Shown piece by piece: positions 60,105 through 64,000 of a DNA stretch of 64,000 bases. The position numbers were made by a program, and so were the translations under genes. Under the pieces are notes generated by a model that was given only the letters and a program-made list of their open reading frames with translations, ran no database searches and had not been told where the DNA came from. This DNA is from Yuukianura sp. NJ FZ-2021 (taxonomy: Eukaryota). Where the stretch lies: positions 4,278,001-4,342,000 of the forward strand of contig CM102284.1 in assembly GCA_046563655.1 (NCBI GenBank), in the 5' to 3' direction. Position 1 is the first letter of the stretch; each line of letters opens with the position of its first letter.

Positions 60105-61226
60105 ATGACAGCGTTCAACAATCGAAGTGATTCCCTTTACCCACCGTTGACAAAAACCCGAATTCCCGAAACTGCGGAAGAGATTGCAAGTAAACTTCGG
60201 TATCAAAACTTAATCACAATTGGAGCATTTCTCCCCGGTGACTCCCGTGACATCAACGTCCCCATCTCAAACAATGACATTCCCTGGTTGAACCCCACTT
60301 TGATCCAACAAGGAAGAGAGTTCGTCCAGCGTCACTGGTTTGCTGTGTTTCTCGCGCATTATGTGGCGCTCATTGTCGGAACAGCTCAACGACACGGGAT
60401 TTCAGTCATGATCCGAACAGGACGTTCACACAAACGTGAAAATTCTCTGAAGCGATACTTGTCAACGGCACTACATGTCCAAACCTGGTACGAAGCCGAC
60501 GGTCCTGAAGTCATCCGAGACATGCGCAAAGTTCGCAGACTTCATGCCAAGGCGTTCCAAATGTTCTTTTCAGTTCCGAATCCAGTCAAAGATATTCGGC
60601 TAGATGATGATAAAAAACTACTGCTCCAAGCTATCAAGGACGATATCAAGGTCGTTAGTGGTCCGGAACAAGTTCTCCCTGGGTATATCAATTCCTACGA
60701 ACCTGAAGTCCCCATTAGTCAACTGGCGATGGTCGTGACACAGTTTATGTTCATGGGTTATATTGTCTTATTCCCCAAAGTTTTTGGAATCTATGACACA
60801 AAGAGCGTGGCAGGATTTTGCCACTTGTGGGCTGTACTGGGCAAGTACATTGGAATTGAAGATGAATTTAATTTGGGGCTACATCCCGATACGGCCCTGA
60901 TGCGTCGCCTGTTTGAAGAAATTTGTATCCCAGGTCTGAAGGAATCGGATGATGTTACAATGGTGTTCTGGGATGCTATTACATATGGAATACAACAAAT
61001 TCGGTCATTTGTAACAATGAACTCATTGTTGTTATTTATGACTAAGGATTTAATTGGAATTGACAAAGGGCGAAATTTTGTTAAGTTTGTGTCTTGGTAT
61101 GATTGGTTATGCTACAATTTGTTACATTTTCTTTGTGCTTATTTACTCAAATGGAGGCTGGTTCGTTGGATTGCAAATTTAGAGACTAGAAGAATTATGT
61201 TTTTAGCAAAGAAGAGATACATGTAA
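60105..61226 (+). CDS. ER-bound oxygenase MpaB/rubber oxygenase (DUF2236-type) family protein, intronless
   Basis: 373-aa ORF with TGRS...KRYLST..HV..WY, VRRLH, ISQ..M..TQF.F.G and F.HLW..LG..IGI.DEFN motifs of the arthropod members of this family. Confidence 0.82.
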   Translation: MTAFNNRSDSLYPPLTKTRIPETAEEIASKLRYQNLITIGAFLPGDSRDINVPISNNDIPWLNPTLIQQGREFVQRHWFAVFLAHYVALIVGTAQRHGISVMIRTGRSHKRENSLKRYLSTALHVQTWYEADGPEVIRDMRKVRRLHAKAFQMFFSVPNPVKDIRLDDDKKLLLQAIKDDIKVVSGPEQVLPGYINSYEPEVPISQLAMVVTQFMFMGYIVLFPKVFGIYDTKSVAGFCHLWAVLGKYIGIEDEFNLGLHPDTALMRRLFEEICIPGLKESDDVTMVFWDAITYGIQQIRSFVTMNSLLLFMTKDLIGIDKGRNFVKFVSWYDWLCYNLLHFLCAYLLKWRLVRWIANLETRRIMFLAKKRYM

Positions 61227-62717
61227 AAAGTGTATTAATATTCTACATGGTACCTATTAAATCTTTACGAGTAAATACTTTTTAGATACCAAAATTGGAC
61301 CACAAATAGAAATAACCCTTATATATTATAAAATTTTGAATTTCGAATTTCTGAACAATGAATTTTTTTGAAACTCTTCACTGAAAACGAATCGATGCGT
61401 AGGACAGATCTGATTGTGGTTTTACAAATTAATGTCTGATTTGTACAAAACAGCATGCCGTCAACGCTACCTGAGGATTTTAGCAAATTCGTTTTCAAGA
61501 ATTTTGTCATTGATTTTTTTTGGTGTGTGGAAAATTGAACAATTTGCAAAAATTTGGCAGGAATTCTTTGATCTTTCAACTCATTGGTTTAAAGTTGCGT
61601 CGCTTTCTTTTCCTTTCCGCAAGGTAAATCAAGCAAATCCTTGTCAAAGGAAACTTATGTTCTTTTGTTTTCCCTGGAACAAATCGATGATCCATTAGGT
61701 TCAGGTCATTTTCCCACGAAACTCTTAGTCAAATAAAAATATTTAGACAAAAGAGGAGGACGATTCAACTGCTTTCATTTTTCAATATTTTTCTTTACTA
61801 AATTATTACTAATTCCAGTCGCCTTACTAGATTTCCTTTGGAACATGCTTAGAAAATCGGTTTTTGAAGTAGCCTTCACCCTTCAGTAGTTTTTAAATGA
61901 ATTTCAAAATCGAATTTTGCAAAAGGAGAAAGCAAATTGTGATTTTATGAAAACATGAAGTGCTCATAATTTGTTTGTTTTGCAAAAGAACTCCGCCCAA
62001 CTTCTGTCCTGGATTGAAACTTTGTCAATTGTGTTAAGACAAGAGTTGGACTGAGAATAATTGAATTGCGATTCAAGTTGAACCAATTTCTGCTTAAGCG
62101 TTCACAATTCAGACTTTTCAAATGTGTCTGACATTCTTTAAAAATGGAAAGGACTAAGATTCGGAACGGAAACTCCACCCTTCCTTGCTCTAGTTTAAAC
62201 GGAAAGGAAAATGAGAGCTTCACAATTTGCTAAACTAAAAGCAAAAGCGATGCACCTAACTTCTGCCGAAATTGAAACTTACAGTTTGAGTTTTTCATTT
62301 TCTGTCAAAATCAATTTCAGTTTCAGTTTTTTGATTTTCGTCAAAATCAATCCATGAATTTTGCAGCTTTCAGGAAACAACCTTACAAAAGGACTCAATC
62401 TTCAAGGATTTTCTACTTTTTTTTTTTAAAAAAAATTTTTCAAAAAATTCTTTTGTTTTGGCCTAGAAGAATTGGTATAATTTGAAATATCGGCGGAAGT
62501 TGATCAGTAAATGGGTGATAGACGCAGGTTGAAATACTTGAACCTACTGAAGACTTAAGCTTAAGGTAGGATTGCAAAATTCTCCTTTGCTATGGAACAA
62601 GATGGGAAGATAATTGAGAAACCCTTGGTTGCCCATTCGGATCCAATTCCTTGCGCAGTCAGAAAAAAAAACTTGAAATCGCTTCTTGTTTAGATTTTTA
62701 TAACAAGCTGAAGGGCA

Positions 62718-62948
62718 ATGGACCTAGAACGATTGGAGTCAAGCCGTCAGGAAGTCAATTCGAACAATTCAACCCCCGGGGGGACCAAATCATCCCCAGC
62801 AGACTCCACGAATTTAAAGACTAAGCTTGTTCAAAAATTTAGCCCTCTCAGCAATGGCTTGAGCAGCATCTCAAGGGCTGCTCAAAAAAGTTTCCAAATT
62901 TCGAGAGAAAAAAAATTCAAGCTTTGGACATTGGTTAGACCGAGGTAG
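62718..62948 (+). CDS. Possible first coding exon of a gene continuing beyond the window
   Basis: GCAATGG start just after a TTTAG acceptor-like site; S/N-rich ORF ending near candidate donors (GTTAG, GAG|GTAGC). No family recognised. Confidence 0.3.
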   Translation: MDLERLESSRQEVNSNNSTPGGTKSSPADSTNLKTKLVQKFSPLSNGLSSISRAAQKSFQISREKKFKLWTLVRPR

Positions 62949-64000
62949 CTGGCTTTAAGAAAACAACCGATGAAGTGATGAAGCCTGAGTCTTGGTTGTA
63001 CACTACAGAAGCCTATTTTTTGTTATAGTCTTATTTGATAGACTATTTTAGCAGGGCTATTAAGGTAAAAAGTAGGAAGATGTTTGGTGGTGTACTTGAA
63101 TTGAAGAAGATTTGGAGGAAGAGGAGCGACAGGTGGAAGTTGTCCATGCGGAATTCCGCTGCTTTACAGGATTTGAGCTCCCATTTATTTTATTAGAACC
63201 ACTTAGGAATTAAAGGGGGCTGGAAAAGCATCTCTTAGTTCAGGCGTCCAGCCATCCTGCTTCTGCGCTCGTGCTTAATAATCTTGGTCCATTCAGAAAA
63301 TTACGTCGTCCGTCCGGGGAGTTTTTAGAGGGGGTGGGGGGTTGTCAAACTATGGTTTCAATTGCATGCTCAAAATTTCAAAAAAGTGTTGCATGTTGAT
63401 TTTAATGAATGAGACTCATACACAAAACACAATGGTTGGTGGCACGAGCTAAAAGTTTGCATCTTGCATGTTAGGCATTTTTTGGCAAAAATTGAACAGA
63501 GAGGAGAGGAGGGTGGTTCTTGGACGGACGCCAAGTCAAAATCTTGCAAAAGAAAACACACCCTCTTGGCATGCAATGTTTCCAAGTTAAGAAAAAAAAA
63601 GAGAAAAACACACAAAGTTTGACTTTTTAGAGCAATTTTTGGTGCGCAGATTCATTATAATTTTGCAATTTTGCAATTTTATTAAAGAATAAAAATTATG
63701 GTCGGGCTTCCGGTACTTTTGTGGGCTCGTGGCATCCACCAATCTCTTGACTTCATCTTTAGTGTTTCATTTCTTAACCTAAACTTATTAACATTTCCGT
63801 AAAAGTCAGTATTTAAAACTGTCAAGATTTGAAGTTGATTTGAAGATTTAGAGCTAAGGACCCTTGCAATTGCCTCCAAAAGTCAAAAAAAGTAGAAGAT
63901 TACTGAGATTAACTAGAAAAAGCTGCTAAATGACTTCCTTCTCGTGTTAATTACAAAACACGAGGTGTCAGGAAAAAAAAATCTAAGAAAAATACTTCCT

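Noticed and set aside
60105..61226. Recent horizontal transfer of the intronless oxygenase
   Set aside because: Its motifs fit the arthropod subfamily and composition matches the host; a phylogeny would be needed.

Overview
Eukaryotic, intron-containing, AT-rich arthropod DNA (short GT-AG introns, TCAGTY initiator motifs; a springtail/basal hexapod is plausible but is inference only). Left to right: the 5' part of a Pitx/Ptx1 homeobox gene (minus strand, last exon outside the window) with an intact tRNA-derived SINE in an intron; a SWEET sugar transporter; a ~23 kb gene-free region rich in nuclear-receptor DR1 elements and other motif clusters; a six-coding-exon Myc gene (~705 aa by manual splicing); then a dense block of HADH, Rab8, a divergent Zucchini/PLD6, SEC11, an LRR-like protein, a Cys-rich secreted protein and an MpaB/rubber-oxygenase-family gene. 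Exon structures were assembled by hand from splice signals and reading phase, and family calls come from motif recognition, not database searches. I cannot demonstrate a wholly new biological system. The best leads are the SINE with a highly structured 5' end, the Myc regulatory architecture (G4 motif, possible degron-less isoform, DR1 elements) and the Zucchini lacking its zinc motif.
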